Of a stretch of 32,000 nucleotides of DNA, positions 10,590 through 19,719 are shown in pieces (the stretch's first letter is position 1; every line of letters starts with the position of its first letter). This DNA is from Synechocystis sp. PCC 6803 substr. PCC-P (lineage in GTDB: Bacteria; Cyanobacteriota; Cyanobacteriia; Cyanobacteriales; Microcystaceae), in the NCBI RefSeq assembly GCF_000284455.1, contig NC_017039.1:600001-632000 (forward strand). The letters run 5' to 3'. The translations under genes were made by a program, and so were the position numbers. A model generated the notes under the pieces. The model saw only the letters and a list, made by a program, of their open reading frames with translations, ran no database searches and was not told the DNA's origin.

Positions 10590-11045
10590 CTCCTTTTCAG
10601 CCTGAGACAGTTTATTTGCTTGCCTGTCAATGGAAATGATGATGATTTCCCGATTATTAGGATTAGGCCGTTGCCCAAAATGTTGGTCGGTCAACAAAAT
10701 CTCTGACCTATAAATGTTAATCAACTGGATAACTTTTCCTGGAGTATTAGGTATAGTTTGCTGGCAAATATTTTTTGACCAACAACTAAAAGTTAAGTAA
10801 AGGTTAAGGATCCGTTAAGCAAAGTTTAATGCTCCGGGTCACTTATAAAAATATTTTATGAATAACGTCGTAGCAGATATGAAATTACCAAACTCGGGGC
10901 GGAATTCTAGAGGGAGCGATGGCTCAAACTAGGTAAATTGGTCAGCCAAAGCCCTTCTCTGTCGAGGTTATACGTTTTTTGCATAGCTTTTAGTCGGTGC
11001 CCTTGGAATTGTTCAAAATAGGTGCTAGAATTCTCACTGAGGAAT

Positions 11046-11069
11046 TTCTTGGTCTTCGCTGATCAAGAA
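11046..11069 (+). promoter_or_regulatory. Predicted 5'-UTR hairpin upstream of the porin gene
   Basis: ttcttggtc-ttcgct-gatcaagaa forms a 9-bp stem (one G.U) with a 6-nt loop, ~90 nt upstream of the start codon. Confidence 0.35.
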
Positions 11070-11139
11070 TCAGGTCAATAATCCAAGTTTCAACTGCTAT
11101 TCAATTTATCGGTTGTGCCTGGCTTGATTAATGTAATCG

Positions 11140-11148
11140 GTGTGAGGA
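11140..11148 (+). promoter_or_regulatory. Possible Yfr1 sRNA pairing site in the porin 5' UTR
   Basis: GUGUGAGGA is a 9-nt perfect complement of UCCUCACAC from the conserved Yfr1 core ACUCCUCACAC, 10 nt before the ATG at 11159. Confidence 0.45.
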
Positions 11149-11158
11149 TCCCTTTGTT

Positions 11159-12934
11159 ATGAATAAGTTGACCAGTCATTTACTGAAATTATTTCCGTTG
11201 GCCCTAGGTAGCTCCTTGGCTATTGTTCCCGGCGCCATGGCCCAGTCCACAGGTGAATTGGCCACCCCTGGAGATTTCCCTAGAATTAGTAATCAGGGTG
11301 ACAGTCTGGAACTGATGCGTCGTCGTCAGAATGCCGGTACCTTCAATGCGGCTACCCCAGATATCACCGACATGTCCCAGGTAACTAGTGTGTCCGAGTT
11401 GCGGGATGTGCAACCCACCGCCTGGGCCTATGAAGCATTAAAAAGTTTAGTAGAACGCTACGGTTGTATTGTTGGTTATCCTGACCGGACTTTCCGCGGC
11501 GATCGGGCCCTTTCCCGTTGGGAATTCGCCGCTGGTTTGAATGCTTGTATGAACGTGATGGAGCGTTTGATTCAGGAGAACGTGGCGGTCCTACGGGAAG
11601 ACATTGATAAACTCAAGCGCTTGATGCAAGAGTTTGAAGCGGAATTGGCCGCCCTTGGTGCTCGTATTGATAACCTGGAAACCCGCACGTCTTTCCTAGA
11701 AGATCATCAATTCTCCACCACCACCAAGCTGAACGGGGTCGCCGTTTTTGCCTTGGTTGACCAGTGGGGCGGTGATAAAGCTGTGGATTGGCGGCAACAG
11801 GACAACATTGACAACTTCGGCGCTGCCGCTCCGGCTCCGGTAGAAGAGAATGCTACCCTCTCCAGTAGGGTTCGTTTAAACTTTGACACTAGCTTTACTG
11901 GTAAGGACTTACTACGTACCCGTTTGCAGGCTGGTAGTGTGCCCAACTTGTCTGGTCCTACTGGCACCAACATGGCTCGTCTTTCCTTTGACGGTTCCAG
12001 CCCGGACAATAACGTTGATATTAACAAGTTGTTCTATCGCTTCCCCATGGGTAACCTTACCACCTGGATTGGCGGTACTGGTTTAGCTCTGGACGATGTG
12101 TTCAAAACCTATAATCCCTACCTAGAAAGTGGGGACAGTGGTGCTTTGAGTCGCTTTAGCCGCTATAGTCCCTTTGTAAACCGGGGTCCTGAGGGGACTG
12201 GTGGAGCTTTGCGTTATAAATTCAATGACGTTTTCACTGTCAGTGCGGCCTATTTGGCTGATACAGGCCAGGCTAGCACCCCCTCCGATGATGTTTTCAC
12301 TAGTGGAGGCAATACCTTCCGTAGTGGTAATGGCTTCTTTAACGGTAGCTATAGCACTGGGGTTCAATTTGACATCAAACCAGTCGACAACTTCAGCTTT
12401 GGTATTTCTTACTTGCACAAATACTACAGCCAAGGGGATGTTAACCTGACCGGCAGCACCGGTAGCCGCATTGCTAGTAATCCCTTTTACCAGGCGGCTA
12501 CCACCATGGATACCTATAACCTCCAAGCTACCTGGCAGATCACCGACAAGTTTAATCTTTCCGGTTGGTTTGGCTATGCCAATGCCACAGCCCAAGGTTT
12601 CAACACCGGTGGTAATCCCCAAAACCGTGATGGTTTAGGCGCTGACCTCTGGACGTGGAATGCAGCTCTGTCCGTCATTGATGTGTTCAAAGAGGGGGCG
12701 GTGTTGTCCCTGAGTGGTGGTTTGATGCCCTATGCTCCCTACGTTGGTAGCTTGAGCGGCGATCGCATTAGCAATGACCGCAACTCCCCCTATATCATCG
12801 AGGCTCAATACCAGTTCCCTGTGAACAAAAACATCCAAATTACCCCTGGTGCTTACGTAATTCTTAGCCCCGAAGCCAACAGCAACAACAGTGCCATTTG
12901 GGTTGGTGTACTCCGCACCACCTTCAAGTTCTAG
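11159..12934 (+). CDS. Outer-membrane porin with N-terminal SLH domain and OprB-type beta barrel
   Basis: Signal peptide MNKLTSHLLKLFPLALGSSLAIVPGAMAQ; SLH motif AYEALKSLVERYGCIVGYPDRTFRGDRALSRWEFAAGLNA; coiled coil; barrel ending in ...VLRTTFKF. Confidence 0.93.
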   Translation: MNKLTSHLLKLFPLALGSSLAIVPGAMAQSTGELATPGDFPRISNQGDSLELMRRRQNAGTFNAATPDITDMSQVTSVSELRDVQPTAWAYEALKSLVERYGCIVGYPDRTFRGDRALSRWEFAAGLNACMNVMERLIQENVAVLREDIDKLKRLMQEFEAELAALGARIDNLETRTSFLEDHQFSTTTKLNGVAVFALVDQWGGDKAVDWRQQDNIDNFGAAAPAPVEENATLSSRVRLNFDTSFTGKDLLRTRLQAGSVPNLSGPTGTNMARLSFDGSSPDNNVDINKLFYRFPMGNLTTWIGGTGLALDDVFKTYNPYLESGDSGALSRFSRYSPFVNRGPEGTGGALRYKFNDVFTVSAAYLADTGQASTPSDDVFTSGGNTFRSGNGFFNGSYSTGVQFDIKPVDNFSFGISYLHKYYSQGDVNLTGSTGSRIASNPFYQAATTMDTYNLQATWQITDKFNLSGWFGYANATAQGFNTGGNPQNRDGLGADLWTWNAALSVIDVFKEGAVLSLSGGLMPYAPYVGSLSGDRISNDRNSPYIIEAQYQFPVNKNIQITPGAYVILSPEANSNNSAIWVGVLRTTFKF

Positions 12935-12985
12935 GAACTTTGTTGGGGTAAAACCAATACTCACACCAGTAACTTCCAGATATTT

Positions 12986-13014
12986 AGCCCCCACTTTATT
13001 GCTGGGGGTTTTTT
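12986..13014 (+). terminator. Rho-independent-like terminator after the porin gene
   Basis: agccccca-ctttattgc-tgggggttttttc: GC-rich stem followed by a T run, ~50 nt past the stop codon. Confidence 0.65.
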
Positions 13015-13203
13015 CAATACTAATCTTGGCGATCGCCTGCTGGTGGGATGAAAAACTCCATATCCGGCAAAACTATTTAGACGGTACAGTTCGTCGGTTA
13101 GGATTATTTAGGGATGATGGTAGTCGGAAAAATTCTCAGATAAACCTTAGTTTTACCCCCGATCGCCAAGGTCAACCTGGTTAACCTGCAAAAATTAATC
13201 GCC

Positions 13204-13845
<642 letters not shown>

Positions 13846-13902
13846 GGTTCTTTGCCACTGGTTTTCTAGTGGGCCAGCACCAATTAGAAAAACAACATAT
13901 TC

Positions 13903-14919
13903 ATGAACTACTTTTCCTGTTCCCTGCCGAAAAGTTTGGGTCTAATTTGTGCCAGCTTGCTGAGTCTCCCGGCCCTGGCCCCGCCGGTCTGGGCTGGCTC
14001 CTTGGAATATTGGAAATTTGATCTGCGGGATAGTCGTCTGGACATCATTACCGATGAAGATGTCAGACCCCAGGTAAATGTGCTGCGAAACCCCACCAGG
14101 GTGGTGGTGGATTTACCAGGTATCGAACACCGGGGCCCTACCATTTATAAGCCCCTTACCCAGTATGTTAAAGAAGCAAGGGTTGGTCGATGGAATAATA
14201 ATTCGACTCGCATTGTCTTGGAATTGACGGAACCTTTCACGGTCAAGCCCTGGGAAGTGCAGGTGCGGGGGTTAGCACCCAATCGTTGGTATGCCCGCCT
14301 ACCCACCATCCTCCAACCTTCGGAATATAGTTTGCCCCAGGAAACGGTGGCGGTTAATGTGCCAGCCCCAGCCCCCAGGCCCCTACGACGCTTTACGGTG
14401 GTTCTAGATGCGGGCCATGGCGGTCAGGATCCAGGGGCGATCGGGCAACGGGGCATCCGAGAAAAGGATGTGGTGTTGGCCATTACCAGGGGGGTGGCTA
14501 GGGAGTTGGAAAAACAGGGCATTGAAGTGGTGATGACCCGCAACAGTGATATATTTGTTTCTCTGCAGGGTCGGGTGCAGAGGGCAGCGGCGGCCCGGGC
14601 GGACATTTTTGTTAGTATCCATGCGAACTCCATCGGGTTGGGGCGGCCGGAAGTCAATGGGGTGGAAACCTATTATTTCCAAACGGGGCGTTCCTTAGCC
14701 CAAACCATTCATCGCAGTATCCTACAGCGGCTTAATGTGCGCGATCGCCGGGTGCGCCAGGCTAGATTTTATGTGTTGCGCCGTACTTCCATGCCTTCTA
14801 CCCTAGTGGAGGTGGGTTTTGTCACGGGGAGTCAAGATAGTCGCAATCTTAGTAATCCCCGCTTTCAACAGCAAATGGCTGAGGCGATCGCCGCCGGTAT
14901 CGTACAGTATTTGAAGTAA
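13903..14919 (+). CDS. N-acetylmuramoyl-L-alanine amidase (AMIN domain plus Amidase_3)
   Basis: Signal peptide; AMIN-like NVLRNPTRVVVDLPGI; TVVLDAGHGGQDPGAIGQRGIREKDVVL and VSIHANS catalytic motifs; PSTLVEVGFVTGSQD. Confidence 0.93.
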   Translation: MNYFSCSLPKSLGLICASLLSLPALAPPVWAGSLEYWKFDLRDSRLDIITDEDVRPQVNVLRNPTRVVVDLPGIEHRGPTIYKPLTQYVKEARVGRWNNNSTRIVLELTEPFTVKPWEVQVRGLAPNRWYARLPTILQPSEYSLPQETVAVNVPAPAPRPLRRFTVVLDAGHGGQDPGAIGQRGIREKDVVLAITRGVARELEKQGIEVVMTRNSDIFVSLQGRVQRAAAARADIFVSIHANSIGLGRPEVNGVETYYFQTGRSLAQTIHRSILQRLNVRDRRVRQARFYVLRRTSMPSTLVEVGFVTGSQDSRNLSNPRFQQQMAEAIAAGIVQYLK

Positions 14920-14942
14920 GTTCACCCCCCGACCGCAGTCGA

Positions 14943-15371
14943 ATGTTTTCCCCCGACCCCATACTTCCCGACGACGGCCAACATCCCTGGCGTTACCGAC
15001 TAGACCAGTTCACCAAGGAGGAACAAACCGCCCTAGGGGCCCTGGCCTGGGCGTTTTACCAACAATGGCCAGCCAAAGAACAGTATTTAGGTTTGGACCT
15101 CCATCCTCAAGCCCATTTCATTAGCTGTGCTCCCCAGGCGATCGCCCAACTCAATGACCAGGTGAACGGCCGCATCCAAGAAATGGTGGGAATTTTGTAC
15201 GGTTATGACCCGAGAACAGAAGTGGCCATTTTTGTCATTGGCCCCACCCAATTCAAACTGCTCTTTTTCCAGCCAATTCCCGACCCCGCCAGTTGTTTTG
15301 CCGCATTGGGACTGACCATTGAGGAACTCAAACACAGGCTGGAAAAGACACTCCAGGAAAAACTAGCCTAG
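14943..15371 (+). CDS. Conserved hypothetical protein (142 aa)
   Basis: Full-length ORF 24 bp downstream of the amidase gene, same strand; no recognisable motif. Its stop overlaps the convergent gene's stop. Confidence 0.7.
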   Translation: MFSPDPILPDDGQHPWRYRLDQFTKEEQTALGALAWAFYQQWPAKEQYLGLDLHPQAHFISCAPQAIAQLNDQVNGRIQEMVGILYGYDPRTEVAIFVIGPTQFKLLFFQPIPDPASCFAALGLTIEELKHRLEKTLQEKLA

Positions 15372-15805
15372 GGACTAGTGGACTCAATCAATTCTAGATT
15401 GGCGCCTGGGTTGATAAATGTTTGATTATTGCCCCCTGCATTGCGGCACACAGCACCACTGTCCGATTGAAAGACGGTGAAGCGGTCATTGACTTGGCAT
15501 AGTTTGATGGACTCACTACCTGCCATCTCAGCAATGGCTTTGCGGTTCGGAGCCACCCCATCGCTAATTTTGAAGTAGGTAAAGGCACTGTCGGAATAGA
15601 CCACACACTCCCCCGGTTCTACCACCCACCAACCTTCACTCACCCAAATCCCATTGGGATTTTCGTAGCCCTGAGCCATGAATAAGTTGGTGTTGAGATA
15701 ATTGCAGCTTTTTCCGGCGATCGCCGGGGTTGGGGCAAAAACACTGCCTACCAAGGTGGATCCTAGTACCATCACCGCCGCAGACCATAACCCTTTATTA
15801 ACCAT
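15368..15805 (-). CDS. Exported DUF1036-like hypothetical protein
   Basis: Signal peptide MVNKGLWSAAVMVLGSTLVGSVFAPTPAIAG, then NGIWVSEGWWVVEPGECVVY resembling DUF1036 proteins. Confidence 0.72.
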   Translation of the reverse strand: MVNKGLWSAAVMVLGSTLVGSVFAPTPAIAGKSCNYLNTNLFMAQGYENPNGIWVSEGWWVVEPGECVVYSDSAFTYFKISDGVAPNRKAIAEMAGSESIKLCQVNDRFTVFQSDSGAVCRNAGGNNQTFINPGANLELIESTSP

Positions 15806-16054
15806 AAAAACTCCTCAAACCACAGAAATTGTTAACGCCAATCTTACTAGAACTAGGCTGGCTTTGCCCACGGCCAGGGATGGGCTTACCCTGGGGATAA
15901 ATAGTTTTTTGGTATTAAACTAAACAGGCCGTAACGGACAATACGGAAATTGTCGCTCCCAAAACACAAAATAGTCAGCACATCGACATAATTGACGGCG
16001 ATCGCCTAAATTACTAGAGTTGAGGCCAGTTTTGCCGTTGCCTTTTTTTCTTTT

Positions 16055-16065
16055 GTGTGAGGAGT
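16055..16065 (+). promoter_or_regulatory. Possible Yfr1 sRNA pairing site overlapping the ribosome-binding site of the STAS gene
   Basis: GUGUGAGGAGU is an 11-nt perfect complement of the Yfr1 core ACUCCUCACAC, 4 nt before the ATG at 16070. GAGGAG also fits a Shine-Dalgarno. Confidence 0.45.
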
Positions 16066-16069
16066 CAGC

Positions 16070-16426
16070 ATGATGTCGTTTAACCCCCAGATTGTGACGA
16101 GGGATGTTTTCTATCCCCAAGGCACATTGAGTGCCGCTGTCACCCAAGCTTTCCAAGCTGATTTAGCAAGCTGGTTAGCCACTACCTCCAGTCCGGTGAT
16201 GGTGATTGACTTTAGCCAGGTGGACTTCCTCGACAGCGCTATTTTGGTGGTTTTGGTCAACACCTACAAAGAACTCCAGAGTCAAAACAGAACCTTGCTG
16301 TTAAGTGGGGTTTCCCCAGAACTGAAAATCATTTTTGAGTTGACCCAACTAAATCGAGTTTTTCCCATCTATAGCAACCCGGAAGTCGCCCTGGCCAACG
16401 GGGAAAAACCTGCCCTGGCCGCCTAG
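16070..16426 (+). CDS. STAS-domain protein (anti-sigma factor antagonist-like)
   Basis: 118 aa; VMVIDFSQVDFLDSAILVVLVNTYKE is the SpoIIAA-like phosphoacceptor region with D-S-A. Confidence 0.9.
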   Translation: MMSFNPQIVTRDVFYPQGTLSAAVTQAFQADLASWLATTSSPVMVIDFSQVDFLDSAILVVLVNTYKELQSQNRTLLLSGVSPELKIIFELTQLNRVFPIYSNPEVALANGEKPALAA

Positions 16427-16557
16427 AACTTCGGAACTAATAAGAGGAGCTGGATTTGCCTCCCTGGTCAATTTTTATCAGGGTCGCTGGGGTTGCATGG
16501 ACTTTGGGGACTAAAATCTAGGTAATCCGCCCGGTTCATTGTTATTTTTTTGCCATC

Positions 16558-16911
16558 GTGTCTTCCCCGAAAAGCAAAGCCATCACTGTTCGTCCCACTC
16601 CCCCCCTGTCCCCGAGATTAGCTGCAGAGGAAAAGTTTAAGCAAGAAAAACTCCACGATACGGAGCTACTGTTGCAGGATATGTTTATTCGGGAGGAAGC
16701 CACCGTTAAATTGATTTTTGACTCCCTCTACGACATTGGTGCCATCAATATAATCAATAAAAAATTTCCCTTTCCCCCCCTAAATCGCTTTCTTAAATCC
16801 ATTGTTGGGGTACCAAAGCCCATTGCTAAAATATTGCTATTTCGTTGGTTTGTGGCCAATTGCCCTAGCTTGCTCACTAATTGGCTCCACAGTAAAGTCC
16901 GCTTCAAGTAG
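16558..16911 (+). CDS. Conserved hypothetical protein (117 aa)
   Basis: ORF with GTG start. Coherent composition; HDTELLLQDMFIREEATVKLIFDSLYDIGAINIINKKFPF. Confidence 0.65.
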   Translation: MSSPKSKAITVRPTPPLSPRLAAEEKFKQEKLHDTELLLQDMFIREEATVKLIFDSLYDIGAINIINKKFPFPPLNRFLKSIVGVPKPIAKILLFRWFVANCPSLLTNWLHSKVRFK

Positions 16912-16926
16912 GGGAACAGTGTAGTG

Positions 16927-17280
16927 ATGGTAGGTTCGGGGCAATGTGAACAACTACGGTGCGGCAGACCAGGGCATTGGGCCCTATTGCTTCTGTTGTC
17001 GACTTCCAGTCCCATGGTTTTTTCCTTGGACCCTGGTTGGGCCCAATCTCCAACCTTGCCGCCCCCAGATGATATTCCCGAAGAAATTTTACGCACAGAA
17101 ATCATCCTTGAAGGGCGATCGCCTCTGGATGGGGAACCCTTGACCGCGACAGAATACGCGGAATTAATGGAAGCCCTGGCAGAAAATCCTAACCCGCCCC
17201 AACTTAGTCCCAGAATTCGCCATCTGGTGTTTTTGTTGAGGGTGAGGAAATTTTTTCGGACTTTGATTCCATTTTTGTGA
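16927..17280 (+). CDS. Hypothetical exported or membrane-anchored small protein
   Basis: 117 aa from the ATG at 16927; N-terminal hydrophobic segment GHWALLLLLSTSSPMVFSLDPGWAQS resembles a signal peptide. Confidence 0.55.
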   Translation: MVGSGQCEQLRCGRPGHWALLLLLSTSSPMVFSLDPGWAQSPTLPPPDDIPEEILRTEIILEGRSPLDGEPLTATEYAELMEALAENPNPPQLSPRIRHLVFLLRVRKFFRTLIPFL

Positions 17281-17491
17281 CTTTTGGTTGCCCTGACAAG
17301 GGCATAGCTAGCCCAATTAGCAATGAATCAATATGTTCAGCGAAGAACATGTTTGGAAAGTTTTATTCTGCTCCCTAAATCTGCCAATACTGTAGGGTCT
17401 GAAAGGCTTTCAAAACAAGTCTTGGGATGCCTTTAACAGCAGTTTTGCACAAAAAATTACTGTCCTGGTTTTATTGCAAGTGGCCATACCC

Positions 17492-18289
17492 CTATTCCAA
17501 AATCAGAGTATCTTTGGTTTTTTGCCGACGCTGCCTGTCTTTATCTTGATATTCTTGGATGCAATTATCCTGTTCGACCATTACACAACTGAGGTAATCT
17601 GTGATCTCGACCAATCCAGCCCTTAATGCTTTGCCCACAGGAGCCCTGGAAGTGCTTTGATTATCCTGACCCGTATTAACAATGCCCAAAATATTGACGT
17701 TATTAGCGGAACTAGCAGCAGTATCGGTGGCACGTCCTTCCACTGTTCTGGCATAAACTACTTCCCCTGTGCTGCTGTCAACCACCCGCAGGTCTATGGC
17801 AACATAGGCTTCTTGCTTGGCCTGACGCTCGCTGTTCCCAATACTAAAAAGACCCAGGTTAAGTCCAAAGTTGTTACCCCCAGATTCCGAGCTTACCCCT
17901 TCCTCATAGGCGGTAACTCTCCCCAAAACAATATACTGAGCCCCAGTCAACTGTCCTCTTTGAGCAGAGGTTTCTGGTCTCGTTAATCCTAATTCTGCTA
18001 ATTCCTGTTCCGACAAAACACTACCTAGATTTTGTCTTTCCACTACTTGAAAGTTACCAGTGGAGGTAAGTTCGTTACTGAGTGCATCGGCTAATTCCCT
18101 GGAGGTATTACCACTCCACCACCACCAACTCATGTTGGTATCATTTTTAAACTCTGGTACAGAAATGGTCGGTTTACCTTGCGCCTGGGCCGCTAAGGTC
18201 CCCGAGAACATGCCCGCCAACACCAAGAAAAATGGGAAAAGCTTTGATATCAAGGGAGCAGCCACCCTGTCTAGGTTGTGAGTTGCCAT
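17492..18289 (-). CDS. CsgG-like exported protein
   Basis: KPTISVPEFKND...SRELADALSNELTSTGNFQVVERQNLGSVLSEQELAELGL...GAQYIVLGRVT matches the CsgG family layout. The ATG at 18289 is preferred over the track's upstream TTG at 18316. Confidence 0.8.
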   Translation of the reverse strand: MATHNLDRVAAPLISKLFPFFLVLAGMFSGTLAAQAQGKPTISVPEFKNDTNMSWWWWSGNTSRELADALSNELTSTGNFQVVERQNLGSVLSEQELAELGLTRPETSAQRGQLTGAQYIVLGRVTAYEEGVSSESGGNNFGLNLGLFSIGNSERQAKQEAYVAIDLRVVDSSTGEVVYARTVEGRATDTAASSANNVNILGIVNTGQDNQSTSRAPVGKALRAGLVEITDYLSCVMVEQDNCIQEYQDKDRQRRQKTKDTLILE

Positions 18290-18412
18290 GGCGTTTATAG
18301 CTGATTTTTTAACCAAGGCTACAGTAGTGACGAGACAACAGTCAATAAAATATTTAACTTTTGGTTAACCAGATTTTTTGAGCGCAACTACGAAACTGTT
18401 TTAATCGGGCAT

Positions 18413-18817
18413 TTAGCCCAATAATTGTCTACGTTTTTGTTCAAATTCGTATTCTGTGAGTAGTCCTTCTAGTCGCAACTGTTCCAACTCCCGCATAGCT
18501 TCGGCCATGGTAATAACCTGTTGGGACGGTTGCAGGCTGTCTCCATTTTGGTGCCAGGCTCCCCCAAGATCGTTGAACTGTCGGTTAAAATCCTCTTCTC
18601 CCTGGACGAAATACCACACTGCATCAATGGCGCAGGCAATTCTAGGTATGGGGGTGTTCCACAGTAACCAATAGATTCCTGCCCACACGGGTTGCCCCAG
18701 GTAAAGCTTGTGGAGACCAGCAATGGGCCAAGGTAGTACCGCCGATGTCACCGCCAAGGCGATCGCCCAGTAGCGACGTTTTGGCAAAGATAACAAGGGA
18801 CTTAAAAAAGACATCAT
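18413..18817 (-). CDS. TM2-domain membrane protein with C-terminal SHOCT-like helix
   Basis: GLHKLYLGQPVWAGIYWLLWNTPIPRIACAIDAVWYF (TM2) and EAMRELEQLRLEGLLTEYEFEQKRRQLLG (SHOCT-like). Confidence 0.8.
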   Translation of the reverse strand: MMSFLSPLLSLPKRRYWAIALAVTSAVLPWPIAGLHKLYLGQPVWAGIYWLLWNTPIPRIACAIDAVWYFVQGEEDFNRQFNDLGGAWHQNGDSLQPSQQVITMAEAMRELEQLRLEGLLTEYEFEQKRRQLLG

Positions 18818-19316
18818 TTCAACTCTGAACAGGATCTGAATCAGTTGTAATTTTAGCCTTAGTCAGGGGGAATGTCGGCAGGAAAAACTGGCCTATGGGC
18901 TTGTTTCAAGACCGGTCTGCCAACCACAATCCTGGCGATCGCCGGCAAATTCGGGAAACCGTATTTTGCTAGGCAAAAATAAGTTTTACAATGGGAAGAA
19001 CTCCATGGCACGGGGTCTTCTGTCAATACAGAGGGTCTTTGTGCCCCTTTAGTTCCCCCAGGGGTTGGGCACGATTCGACTGAGGCACCCAAGCTAAGGT
19101 CTCCCAAAAATCCCATTTTCAACAAATCTTTTGCCTCTATTATTTTAGATTTTCACAAACTTTTGCTAAATTACTAAATTTTCATAGTTGATCGAGGTAA
19201 ATTATTGGTTTTTAATTGGTTACTGAACTGGGTTACATTTTTCCCTTGTGTCCAATAACTTTAATTAAATAATTAGATTTTACTTGACCATATCATTCAC
19301 CCTAGATGTCATAGTT

Positions 19317-19631
19317 ATGAGTTTTTTTGATTCAGATATTATCCAACAAGAAGCCAAACAATTGTTTGAAGACTATCAATCCCTAACCAAATTGGGTGGT
19401 GACTATGGAAAATTTGATCGGGATGGCAAAGTGATTTTCATCGAGCAAATGGAGGCTTTGATGGAACGCTACAAAATCTTTATGAAGCGCTTTGAGCTTT
19501 CCGATGACTTCATGGCCAAGATGACTGTTGAGCAAATGAAAACCCAACTGGGCCAGTTTGGCATCTCCCCTCAGCAAATGTTCGACCAAATGAATTTGAC
19601 ACTGGAAAGAATGAAAGCCGAAATCAAGTAG
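19317..19631 (+). CDS. DUF1825-like conserved cyanobacterial protein (~104 aa)
   Basis: MSFFDSDIIQQEAKQLFEDYQSLTKLGGDYGKFDRDGKVIFIEQME; start at 19317 rather than 19284 fits the conserved N-terminus as I recall it. Confidence 0.8.
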   Translation: MSFFDSDIIQQEAKQLFEDYQSLTKLGGDYGKFDRDGKVIFIEQMEALMERYKIFMKRFELSDDFMAKMTVEQMKTQLGQFGISPQQMFDQMNLTLERMKAEIK

Positions 19632-19719
19632 ACTTCACGGTGTCGAAATTGTCTAGCCAGACGTTCCTCACCAATGTCAGAATGATGGGAGTAGGTTCCC
19701 CGTAGCAATTGCGAGAACT

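Noticed and set aside
18309-18368. TTAACCAA ... TTGGTTAA inverted arms upstream of the CsgG-like gene
   Set aside because: Short 8-bp AT-rich arms 44 nt apart; not distinguishable from chance without comparative data.
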